Shown in pieces: positions 9,898 through 17,845 of a stretch of DNA of 51,736 bases. Location: positions 1 to 51,736 of the IMG/VR virus record IMGVR_UViG_3300017913_000476, one strand, 5' to 3'. A program made the position numbers and the translations under genes. This stretch comes from a virus (taxonomy: Duplodnaviria; Caudoviricetes). Below the pieces are notes generated by a model. It did no database searches and had not been told where the DNA came from. It worked only from the letters and a program-made list of their open reading frames with translations. How positions within the stretch are numbered: position 1 is the stretch's first letter; each line of letters starts with the position of its first letter.

Positions 9898-10153
9898 TAA
9901 CTCGTCCTGTTCCCTCAGGTCTCTTAACATCGCCTGATAATAGCCTTCTCTCTTCTTCGGCTCGGTTTTTTTCGATGACCAACTGACGGCACGAATCTTC
10001 CCACTTTCCACCGTGGTGGATGAATTGTCCTGAGGCGAGTGCGACCCAACTGTCGTCACAGGCTCTGAACCACTCTCCGCATCCATCGCATTGGATTGGT
10101 TGTGTGTTGGTACTTCTTTTGGATTGTTTGGCACTACGCTTCCCCCTGACCAC
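9857..10153 (-). CDS. hypothetical protein with CxxC
   Basis: CDGC...H...C potential Zn site; GGAG upstream. Confidence 0.55.
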   Translation of the reverse strand: MVRGKRSAKQSKRSTNTQPIQCDGCGEWFRACDDSWVALASGQFIHHGGKWEDSCRQLVIEKNRAEEERRLLSGDVKRPEGTGRVNEAERKKDADFFF

Positions 10154-10364
10154 TGACTTCTTCTCCCTTGTTTCCCCGTATGGCTGTCTCTGCCCCCATC
10201 AGGAACAGAACCCACGCCTGTTCCTCTTCGTCTATCTCGAAAGCGGCTAGGTTAGCAATCGCCATGCTGAACCATTTAATCATCTTCTCCTCATCGAAGT
10301 CGATTTCGCCGTCTTCATCTTCCCAGATAAGTCTGTTTGGAGTCTGCATAGGGGGTTGCCTCAT
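10134..10364 (-). CDS. hypothetical acidic protein
   Basis: ORF in the strand of the operon, overlapping the next gene. Confidence 0.6.
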   Translation of the reverse strand: MRQPPMQTPNRLIWEDEDGEIDFDEEKMIKWFSMAIANLAAFEIDEEEQAWVLFLMGAETAIRGNKGEEVSGQGEA

Positions 10365-10469
10365 CTCTAATAGGGAGGAAAAAAGGAATTAGAAAAAGAC
10401 AACCCCCTGTCTCCAGCTATGGCCTGTGACCACTACTTACCCTAACCCGTAAATGACTGAAGGGTCAAC

Positions 10470-10660
10470 GAAAAATTGCAAAAAAATTTTTGACGGCTAG
10501 GATTCCTTGGCGTTTCTGGGGTTTTTGGGGGTAACGGTCAGGGAAAGGGGTCGGCCTTTGTCACTTTTTGGGGATTATTGGTGTGTAATAGTATGTATAG
10601 TGCATGTGCGTGCGCGGCGGCACAGGGGGGGTGGGGGATGGACACCTTATAATTATATCG
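10470..10660. other. putative pac/genome-terminus region (A/T tracts and G tracts)
   Basis: Non-coding, strongly G-skewed, contains GGGGGGGTGGGGG at 10625-10637; immediately downstream of terS. Confidence 0.45.
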
Positions 10661-10728
10661 CGAGTAGGTACACCCCGATTTCTGCCCCATCTGAGACGGT
10701 AATCGCATTCGGCATGGGATGGAAATCG

Positions 10729-11214
10729 TTACTTTTCAAACAGTTGCACTACCGTGTCATCCTGCAATGCGTCCGCAATCGCTTGCTGGAGTTCAGTTTC
10801 AGCCTGTTTAGTGCTGATGGTCTGGGTTGTTTCCAGTTTTTCTGCCGCGAATGCATCCACGCCCTGCAATTTGCCTATCAACTCCCATGCCCTGACCCTT
10901 GCGGCTGGGCTTTCGGCTGTCTGAGCCTCTGCCAGCAGTCCATCTGTGACACGCTGGCGAAGCGAGACCCCCTGCAAGCGATGCTGTTGCACAATATCAG
11001 CGTTTAACTGGTCAATGCGCTGGGTGACGTTGAGGTTGTCCAACAATCGACATGCCTCTGCCCTGATGCTGGCTGGTTTCATCTTGTCTGTGTCATACGA
11101 AGCCCTGTATGCCGCGCTGGCATTGCCTTTACTGTCACCCTTCACATAAGCCTGACAGAATGCTTCCTGCTTTGCGGTCAGCCCGTGACCCGTTGTGTTC
11201 TTTTTACTTGCCAT
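10729..11214 (-). CDS. terS: terminase small subunit
   Basis: GLTAKQEAFCQAYV...NASAAYRASY...A.RLL HTH pattern; start set at MASKK after GAGG. Confidence 0.85.
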   Translation of the reverse strand: MASKKNTTGHGLTAKQEAFCQAYVKGDSKGNASAAYRASYDTDKMKPASIRAEACRLLDNLNVTQRIDQLNADIVQQHRLQGVSLRQRVTDGLLAEAQTAESPAARVRAWELIGKLQGVDAFAAEKLETTQTISTKQAETELQQAIADALQDDTVVQLFEK

Positions 11215-11303
11215 TGCCTCTATTCCCTTCCCCTGCATTGTATCATCCCCCTATAGGTCAGTGCGGCATTTTCCGCGCCCTTGCAGGGCTTTCACCCCTG
11301 TCT

Positions 11304-11365
11304 AAAATTTTTTTGACTTTTTTTGCATCTGCCCCTTGAAACCTGTCAAACAACTCACCATCTCA
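11304..11365 (+). promoter_or_regulatory. putative strong early sigma70-type promoter with UP-like tract
   Basis: AAAATTTTTTTGACTTTTTTTG upstream, TTGAAA at 11336-11341, weak -10 (CATCTC) at 17-nt spacing; sits at the strand switch. Confidence 0.5.
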
Positions 11366-11369
11366 GGGT

Positions 11370-12160
11370 TGAGGCCGAAGGTGGGTCTCGATTTTGTCCT
11401 ACGGGGCAACCGCTATTTGACATTGTGTATCGCGCAAGGCTTCGGCCTTCACTAGTCCGCCCTCTGGTCTGTTGGCAGTCGGTTCAGGATTGGCTTAAGG
11501 ATTGCTCTGGCAATCCACTCCCGTCCCCCGATACTCCGCATGACTGGTCAGGCGTTCTTAAAAGCGCGGCTGTTTCTCATTTGAATATTCTTTTTCGCTA
11601 GTTGGTTTCATCACCAGTTGACCCAGTGGACACTGTCCCTGTCGCCACAGATGCATTAGACCCCAGCGCGGACTAACAAACACCCGACAAGAGGTGCCGC
11701 GCCACGGGGCAGGAAAAAATCCAAGGTAAATGCTGACTAAATCGTCAGAGCCTTTCCCATCAACAGGATGCTATTGAGTACAGACACCCACAAAAAGCCC
11801 GAACTAGGGCAGGGCGTGTGATGACTGTCAGGGGCATAACCCCCTTTCAGAATTGTGTTTGCGTTGCACGGCACGGGTAATACCCCGACACAAACCAACA
11901 GAATGACCCACTCACGGGTTAGCCTTTCGAGGCTGGGCGGTGCTGACCGCCCTATTGCATCAAGTTGCCGCAGTTATCTGCCAGCAACATCAGCCAGTGA
12001 CCAGCCACCCTGATATGCCAGAGCCTATCACGCAGGGCAGTCACTGAGGAAAACAGTTTCGGCGGCAGGGTTAGTTGATGACCCTGCCACCTTGTAAGGG
12101 CAAGGTCTTCTCCCTGCCTTGTCCTTACACGGTGGACAATCCACCGCCTTGGAAACTGTC
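11370..12160 (+). ncRNA. candidate large structured non-coding RNA / structured early leader (about 800 nt)
   Basis: No credible ORF; more than 15 hairpins, two UUCG loops, long-range stems and multibranch domains (see findings). Confidence 0.55.
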
Positions 12161-12174
12161 AGAGAGGTAAGACA

Positions 12175-12468
12175 ATGACGCAAAGAACTATCAAAAACCC
12201 CGTCAATCTTGAACTTGCAACCATCATTCACGGTGCCGTGATTAAGGCGATGCAAGTCAGGAAAGACAATTTTGCGACTAACGCAACACCATACGCGCTG
12301 GCACATAGAATGGCTGGCGAACTTGGTCAGGCTCTATTCGGCCTGAACACTTGGGGCGATGATGAACTGGCTGACCAATGCCGTGAGGTTCATCGAATTG
12401 CCATGAACTTCCTTGAAACCGATATCAAATATGCCCAAAACTTCGGGCAGGAAAGAGGTGCGGCATGA
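12175..12468 (+). CDS. first early hypothetical protein
   Basis: SD GAGGT before ATG. Confidence 0.75.
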   Translation: MTQRTIKNPVNLELATIIHGAVIKAMQVRKDNFATNATPYALAHRMAGELGQALFGLNTWGDDELADQCREVHRIAMNFLETDIKYAQNFGQERGAA

Positions 12469-12653
12469 TGCTGTTAAAATCCCTGAGAGAAGGTGCGCTG
12501 GCTTGGCTGGCGTTCCTGCTTGTCCTTGAAATCGATGACATGTCTATGGTCATCACCTATGCGGCTGGGGCTGTTGGCCTCTTCTATACCGTGTCTGCCC
12601 TATATAGCCTTGAGGCTGTATTTGGTCTTCGTTCTCATAAGAGTGTGCGATAA
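12465..12653 (+). CDS. small membrane protein
   Basis: ATGA coupling, GAGG SD, two hydrophobic segments. Confidence 0.65.
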   Translation: MMLLKSLREGALAWLAFLLVLEIDDMSMVITYAAGAVGLFYTVSALYSLEAVFGLRSHKSVR

Positions 12654-12733
12654 GCCTCGCCACTCTGTGGCTTGATTATTTCTAATCAGCCATTATCTAG
12701 TCAATGTTAGTTAGTAGAAGGAATGCAATCACC

Positions 12734-13621
12734 ATGACTACAATCATCCAAAAATCTGCCGTTATCTGCCGCCTTAACATTCGTATGTGCGGCTTTGAAA
12801 AAACCGACAAGGGCGTGTCCAGCGAGGTTGCCGACAACAAGTCAGCCTCTGATGATGCTGGGCGGTACGTCAAACGCCTGTTTGCTGGTAACCCTATCCT
12901 GAAAGAAATCGCAAAGGTTCGAGGCAAGGCGCGTAACGTCAACAAAGCCCAAACCCTGCGCTATCTTGACGGGCAGGACTTGTTGCCAGTCGGTAACTTT
13001 GACCACCACAGTGAATTGATGACAGATTACAAAGACCTGTTTGACGCACTGTCTGAGGACTTCTTTGCTGAGTATGAGACGCACCGCGATGCCCAACAGG
13101 TGCGGCTGGGTGATATGTTCGATGCAAACGAATATCCGCCCGTCTCTGTTCTGCGTGGCAAGTTCCAGTTCAATATCTCTTATGAGCCTCTGTCTGACGG
13201 TAACACCTTCGACAAGATGTTCGGCAATGCTGAGATGGAACAGCAGATGATTGCTGACGCAGAAGCGCAGATGCAATCACGCATTGACGAGGCAATGCAC
13301 CAACTTTACACGCGACTGCTGAAGACGGTGGACTGCTTCAATACAGCGATGCGTAACTATCAGCCCAAAACAGCCAACAGCAAGGCACTGGGTACTTTCA
13401 AAGATAGCATCGTGGGCAACATGATTGACATCTGCGAGGTTCTGCCCCGTCTCAACCTGACAGGTGACGCTGACCTTGCCAATTACTGTGAAATGGTCAA
13501 ATCCAAACTGACCAACTACGATGCGGCTGACCTTCGCGAAGACGAAAGCCTTCGCAAAACAGCGGCTGACGAGGCACAGGCTATCCTTGACCAAATGGCA
13601 GGGTACGGGATGGCGGCATGA
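12734..13621 (+). CDS. DUF3150-like helical early protein
   Basis: Long ORF; LGDMFDANEYP...KF and LPRLNLTGD motifs seen in proteins preceding phage AAA/vWA pairs; start reassigned after AAGGA. Confidence 0.7.
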   Translation: MTTIIQKSAVICRLNIRMCGFEKTDKGVSSEVADNKSASDDAGRYVKRLFAGNPILKEIAKVRGKARNVNKAQTLRYLDGQDLLPVGNFDHHSELMTDYKDLFDALSEDFFAEYETHRDAQQVRLGDMFDANEYPPVSVLRGKFQFNISYEPLSDGNTFDKMFGNAEMEQQMIADAEAQMQSRIDEAMHQLYTRLLKTVDCFNTAMRNYQPKTANSKALGTFKDSIVGNMIDICEVLPRLNLTGDADLANYCEMVKSKLTNYDAADLREDESLRKTAADEAQAILDQMAGYGMAA

Positions 13622-13887
13622 ATGACTGCCAGTATGACCTTGAGGAGTGTATCAGGATGAAAACGCACGGCGACATCACTGAGTGGGCAACCATGCGTAA
13701 ACGCGCATGGGATGAACACAGACAAATATGCCGTAGGCAGGGGGTTCCGCCCCTGCCTTGGGAAACCTTCAAGCGTCTGGTCATGAGGCTGGACACTTTC
13801 CAAGAGATGGTGGACACGGGTGTGCTTCAAGCCAGACGCATCACCGCATCTGCCACCATCATCCCCCTTGTGTCTAACAATACTTGA
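13618..13887 (+). CDS. hypothetical protein
   Basis: ATGA-coupled. Confidence 0.6.
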   Translation: MNDCQYDLEECIRMKTHGDITEWATMRKRAWDEHRQICRRQGVPPLPWETFKRLVMRLDTFQEMVDTGVLQARRITASATIIPLVSNNT

Positions 13888-13912
13888 CATTGTGAGTTGT
13901 TAGACTTATCTA
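13872..13912 (+). promoter_or_regulatory. promoter (TTGACA-N17-TATCTA) inside an inverted repeat
   Basis: TTGACA 13884-13889; GTCTAACAA 13872-13880 / TTGTTAGAC 13897-13905 flank it. Confidence 0.6.
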
Positions 13913-13935
13913 TGTTTTGTCAGTAGGAGAAACAA

Positions 13936-14958
13936 ATGCAAAACAATGAAATGAACATCGCCACCGTGAAGCCTTCTGAGTGGAAGGACTTCATCAAAGT
14001 CTGCCTGTCGGCTGACCTTCCCACCATGACATGGGGTGCCTCTGGCATTGGCAAGTCTGACGGTCTTCGCCAGATTGCTGAAGAAGAGGGGTACACAGAT
14101 GTCATCGACATTCGACTGTCAGTGACTGACCCGACTGACCTGAAGGGCATCCCTGTCCCTGATGTTCAGGCTGGGTTTGTGCGCTGGCTTCGTGACCAGC
14201 GTCTGCCGACTGACCCAAAGGCAAAAGTGATTGTCCTGCTTGACGAGGTCAATTCAGGAACACCCATTGAACAGGCAATGGCTTATCAGTTCACCCTCGA
14301 CAAGGCTATTGGCGACTATGTCCTGCCAGAGAATTGCCGCATCGTGTGTGCTGGTAACCGTGTCTCTGACCGTGGCGTTGTCAACACCATGCCAGCCCCA
14401 CTGCGTAACCGTCTGGTTCATGTCGAGTTGGTGCCTGATGTCGATGACTGGACAACATGGGCAAGCAAGAATGATATCGTGCCTGAGTTGGTTGCGTTCA
14501 TTCGCTGGAAGCAAGACCAGTTGCACCACTTCGAGCCTGAGTTCACCGCCTTCCCGTCACCGCGTTCTATCGCGATGCTTTCCAGCATCCTGAAGAAACG
14601 CCCATCATCTTCACTCGAACATAAACTGGTCGAGGGCTGTTGTGGTCGTGGCTTCGCGATTGAGTTCACTGGGTTCCTCAAAGTGTTCCGCTCACTGCCT
14701 GATGTTCAGCGCATCAAGACTGACCCTGACAGTGTCGAGGTTCCATCTGACCCGTGTACTCTGTATGCGATGGCATCCAGCGTGGCGCGTATGGCTGACC
14801 AGTCCAACATGGACAACGTCATGAAGTACACCAAGCGTCTGGGTCGTGAGTTCCAGTTGCTGGTACTGGGTGACATCAGTGCGCGTGACACCAATCTGTG
14901 CAAGAACAAGTCCTTCATCGACATGAACTGCGACTTGAAGAAACTTGCCCAGTCATAA
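13936..14958 (+). CDS. MoxR-like AAA+ ATPase
   Basis: Walker A GASGIGKS, Walker B LLDEVN, AGNR..D, PLRNR arginine finger, PSPRS sensor. Confidence 0.9.
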   Translation: MQNNEMNIATVKPSEWKDFIKVCLSADLPTMTWGASGIGKSDGLRQIAEEEGYTDVIDIRLSVTDPTDLKGIPVPDVQAGFVRWLRDQRLPTDPKAKVIVLLDEVNSGTPIEQAMAYQFTLDKAIGDYVLPENCRIVCAGNRVSDRGVVNTMPAPLRNRLVHVELVPDVDDWTTWASKNDIVPELVAFIRWKQDQLHHFEPEFTAFPSPRSIAMLSSILKKRPSSSLEHKLVEGCCGRGFAIEFTGFLKVFRSLPDVQRIKTDPDSVEVPSDPCTLYAMASSVARMADQSNMDNVMKYTKRLGREFQLLVLGDISARDTNLCKNKSFIDMNCDLKKLAQS

Positions 14959-14967
14959 ATAAATTAT

Positions 14968-14995
14968 TGACGGGGGTGTCAACATGCCCCCGTCA
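14968..14995 (+). promoter_or_regulatory. intergenic GC hairpin followed by an extended -10-like TGTTACAAT
   Basis: TGACGGGGG...CCCCCGTCA stem; TACAAT at 15001-15006. Confidence 0.5.
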
Positions 14996-15023
14996 TCTGT
15001 TACAATCTAGTTGTGAGGTAGAA

Positions 15024-16268
15024 ATGCAAGACGATATTCAAAACATCATCGACAAGACAAAAGTCGTGACGCTTCTTCATCAGCCATTCTTTGGCACTGG
15101 TGCATCTAAACTTGAGTGGTCAATGGATAATGACATCACCAAGACTGCTTGCACAGATGGCACTTTCATCAAGTTCAATTCAGACTTTCTTCTATCCCTT
15201 GACCAGCCCAAGCGTATTGGCCTGACTGTTCATGAGGTGATGCATGTGTACGGCAAGCATCATCTGCGGCGTGGCAAGCGTGACCCCAAGTTGTGGAACA
15301 TTGCCTGTGACTATCAAATCAACCTGTGCATTCAAGATGCCATCGATGCTGAGAAGGCTAGGCGTGGCGGCGTGTCATGCATGGAGTTGCCTGAAGGTGC
15401 GTTGCTTGATGACAAGTATCGAGGTCTATCAGCAGAGGATATCTATTCCCTGCTTGAGGCAGAACAGCCACCCATCAATGTGAAGCCTACTGGTTCTGGT
15501 GATGGTGACGGTAACGATGACCAGCCATCTTCTGGCAACGACATCGGCACACCATCTGATATTGGTCAGTCATGGGGTGATGTTATCGACAGCCCTGCTG
15601 GCTCGCCATCTGAAATTGCTGATGCAGAGGCAGAGGTCGAAGTAATGGTCGAACAGGCACACAATCTTGCCAAGTCTCGCGGCAAGTCATTCGGTGCGGC
15701 AGAAGAGTTGGTCAAGTCATACAAGAAGCCAACCGTTGACTGGCGTTCAGTTATCCGCGCCATGATGCAGTCAATCAGCAAGGTGGACTATACATATCAG
15801 CGTCCGCACAAGTACGGTCATCACATCATGTCGTCTGTCGGTGCGTTCATCCCAGACTATCATCGTGAGAACGTGGGTGAGATTGTCTTAGCCATTGACA
15901 CATCAGCGTCTGTTACTTGGGACGAGGTGCAACAGTATTTGGGTGAGTGTCAGTCCATCATGGAAGAACTTCAGCCAGCCAAGGTTCACATCGTTCAGTG
16001 TGATGCCCGTGTCCAGCATGTCGATACATTCGAGATGGGTCAGCCCCTGTCTATCGACAAGGTGCATGGTCGTGGCGGTACAGATTTCCAGCCAGTGTTT
16101 GACTGGGTGGAAGAAGAGATGGACACCAAGCCAATGGCATTGGTGTACCTGACAGATGGGTATGCACCAGCACCATCTGTCCCTGACTATCCAGTGTACT
16201 GGGCAGTCACAAGCGAAGCACAGGGTCACCTGTTTGGTGAGGTTGTGTCGGTCAACATCGGTCAGTAG
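15024..16268 (+). CDS. DUF2201-type metallopeptidase + vWA domain protein
   Basis: TACTDG, HEVMH (HExxH), WNIACD; vWA MIDAS DTSAS, GRGGTDF, YLTDG; start after GAGG at 15024. Confidence 0.88.
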   Translation: MQDDIQNIIDKTKVVTLLHQPFFGTGASKLEWSMDNDITKTACTDGTFIKFNSDFLLSLDQPKRIGLTVHEVMHVYGKHHLRRGKRDPKLWNIACDYQINLCIQDAIDAEKARRGGVSCMELPEGALLDDKYRGLSAEDIYSLLEAEQPPINVKPTGSGDGDGNDDQPSSGNDIGTPSDIGQSWGDVIDSPAGSPSEIADAEAEVEVMVEQAHNLAKSRGKSFGAAEELVKSYKKPTVDWRSVIRAMMQSISKVDYTYQRPHKYGHHIMSSVGAFIPDYHRENVGEIVLAIDTSASVTWDEVQQYLGECQSIMEELQPAKVHIVQCDARVQHVDTFEMGQPLSIDKVHGRGGTDFQPVFDWVEEEMDTKPMALVYLTDGYAPAPSVPDYPVYWAVTSEAQGHLFGEVVSVNIGQ

Positions 16269-16277
16269 GCGAAGGGG

Positions 16278-16526
16278 GTGATTACCATATCCTACACCAT
16301 TGAGAAAGGCATCCCTTTTGAGGATGTCCAGTCGCATCGCAAGCCATACAAGCGTAAGTCACGCTATGATGTCTTGAACAAGATGGACAAGGGTGACAGC
16401 ATCGTTGTCTCATCTAAGCGTGAGGCTGGCCTTGCCCGTGCGTTTGCAACACGCAACGGCTTCAAGGTCAAGACTAAGCGCATCGATACGCGCAAGTATC
16501 GTGTCTGGAAATCAGACGTAGTGTAA
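16278..16526 (+). CDS. small basic protein, possible DNA-binding
   Basis: IEKGIP...SRY...M..GDS...YRVW pattern. Confidence 0.65.
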   Translation: MITISYTIEKGIPFEDVQSHRKPYKRKSRYDVLNKMDKGDSIVVSSKREAGLARAFATRNGFKVKTKRIDTRKYRVWKSDVV

Positions 16527-16587
16527 CCATACCACGGGGGCAGGGATGTCCTGCCCCCTTCCTTCAACCCCTGTCAGAGGTGACAAA

Positions 16588-17388
16588 ATGCTTACATCAA
16601 AATCAATCATATCCCTTCTTCAATCAGACAATCGAAAGGTAAGGGAGTACACGCAGTATCTGCTTCACAAACAAAGCGCAGAGGCTGGCAAAGAGTTCTT
16701 CTCTCAGTTTGGTATTGACTGGTCATACGCAGACGTATTCGAGAAGCGATACTACGACATGCCCAATATTGTTCGAGAGTTCGATAGGCAGTGGGCTTCT
16801 CTTATCGATAGCATCGATGACATTCAAACCGCTCGAAAGGAACTGCAAGAACCTGTCGAGGAGATGGGATTGCAATCCATCATTGCCAAGGCAAGACGGG
16901 CAAACAAGTGGGGTCTTGATGGTGAGTACTGGCTCAGTCAACTTGATGCAAACATTCGACCAAACCTGAGTTGGATGATGGACAGTGGTGTGCAAGACGG
17001 TAAACAATACATGCGTCTCACCGCAAACGTCACGGTTGACAGGGATACTGGTAAGATTACCAACACCCATCCCTATGAAGTAAAGACCGTGTCTCTGGAC
17101 ATCCCACTCATGTGGCACAAACATCTTTCATTGATTGGTCAGGCTGTGATTGACAACAAGATTGTCCTGTCTGTCAGGCCGCTTGGGATGTTTGGTGATG
17201 TCGAGGGCTTTGCCGCCAAGGTTGCGGTCAAGGGTCTCAAAGCATACGACTGGCGTACTGAAGATGTTTACATTGGCAAGTTCACAGACACCGTGCAGAT
17301 TTGTAAGTCCCGTATGCACATCAAATCTGTTGCCAAGCGTAAAGCATCTGCTGAATTTACGGATGAACTGCTGGCGAGTTTTGACTAA
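16588..17388 (+). CDS. hypothetical protein
   Basis: SD GAGG, preceded by hairpin GGGGCAGG-GATGT-CCTGCCCC. Confidence 0.75.
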   Translation: MLTSKSIISLLQSDNRKVREYTQYLLHKQSAEAGKEFFSQFGIDWSYADVFEKRYYDMPNIVREFDRQWASLIDSIDDIQTARKELQEPVEEMGLQSIIAKARRANKWGLDGEYWLSQLDANIRPNLSWMMDSGVQDGKQYMRLTANVTVDRDTGKITNTHPYEVKTVSLDIPLMWHKHLSLIGQAVIDNKIVLSVRPLGMFGDVEGFAAKVAVKGLKAYDWRTEDVYIGKFTDTVQICKSRMHIKSVAKRKASAEFTDELLASFD

Positions 17389-17648
17389 TGGACAAGCGCA
17401 TGCGTGACATCAGGAAACTTATCAAACGTGAGGGTCTTGATGTCCTTAACATAACCACAGGCAAACACATAAACATCACTGTCACTGACGGGTCAGTGGT
17501 GTTCAGTGTGGTAGCATCTATAACACCGTCCTGTCACAGGGCAAGTCGCAACCTACGTTCACACCTGAGGAGAGGTATCCGTGAGGCACAAGAGAAATCC
17601 AATGGCTCAACGTCTAGCCAACCCCCTCTTCAGGAAGAGGGTAGTTAA
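17388..17648 (+). CDS. HicA-like (dsRBD-fold) putative mRNA interferase
   Basis: Helix-G-strands pattern with TGKH, then SITPSCHRASRNLRSHLRR C-terminal helix; TAATG coupling. Confidence 0.55.
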   Translation: MDKRMRDIRKLIKREGLDVLNITTGKHINITVTDGSVVFSVVASITPSCHRASRNLRSHLRRGIREAQEKSNGSTSSQPPLQEEGS

Positions 17649-17745
17649 ACAACAGAAGGGGAAGGGTAGTTATGCAAGAAAAGGAAAGCATCCAAAACCT
17701 TATCGACTTTCATCAGAGGATGATGAACGAAGCCGCGATGGCTGA
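17581..17745 (+). CDS. arfA: ArfA-like alternative ribosome rescue factor, 54 aa (not in ORF track)
   Basis: Hand translation MRHKRNPMAQRLANPLFRKRVVKQQKGKGSYARKGKHPKPYRLSSEDDERSRDG; SD GAGGAGAGG before GTG; ArfA core PLFRxRVxKxxKGKGSYxRKGKH. Confidence 0.8.
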   Translation: MRHKRNPMAQRLANPLFRKRVVKQQKGKGSYARKGKHPKPYRLSSEDDERSRDG

Positions 17746-17845
17746 CAGCAAACACCTCTATGATATACATCGTGAAGCACTGGTCAAACTTCAGGATGAA
17801 TTAGACAACATTCATGACCCATTTATGGAAGGATATCCAGTATGA
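17672..17845 (+). CDS. 57-aa helical hypothetical protein (not in ORF track)
   Basis: MQEKESIQNLIDFHQRMMNEAAMADSKHLYDIHREALVKLQDELDNIHDPFMEGYPV; ATGA-coupled to the sirtuin. Confidence 0.65.
   Translation: MQEKESIQNLIDFHQRMMNEAAMADSKHLYDIHREALVKLQDELDNIHDPFMEGYPV

Noticed and set aside
10507-11007. 166-aa plus-strand ORF
   Set aside because: Antisense to terS and runs through low-complexity G tracts
11323-11601. ORF-track 92-aa ORF (and 12028..12306 minus)
   Set aside because: No SD or protein-like features; overlaps the promoter and hairpins
12044-12160. Hammerhead ribozyme (CTGAGGA ... GAAAC)
   Set aside because: The core words are present, but I could not build stems I-III around them; GAAAC is used in the ACAGTTTC/GAAACTGT closing stem
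11370-12160. tRNA, tmRNA, CRISPR array or group I/II intron in the non-coding region
   Set aside because: No T-loop GTTCRA/CCA cloverleaf, no equal-length direct repeats, no interrupted host gene and no recognisable intron core
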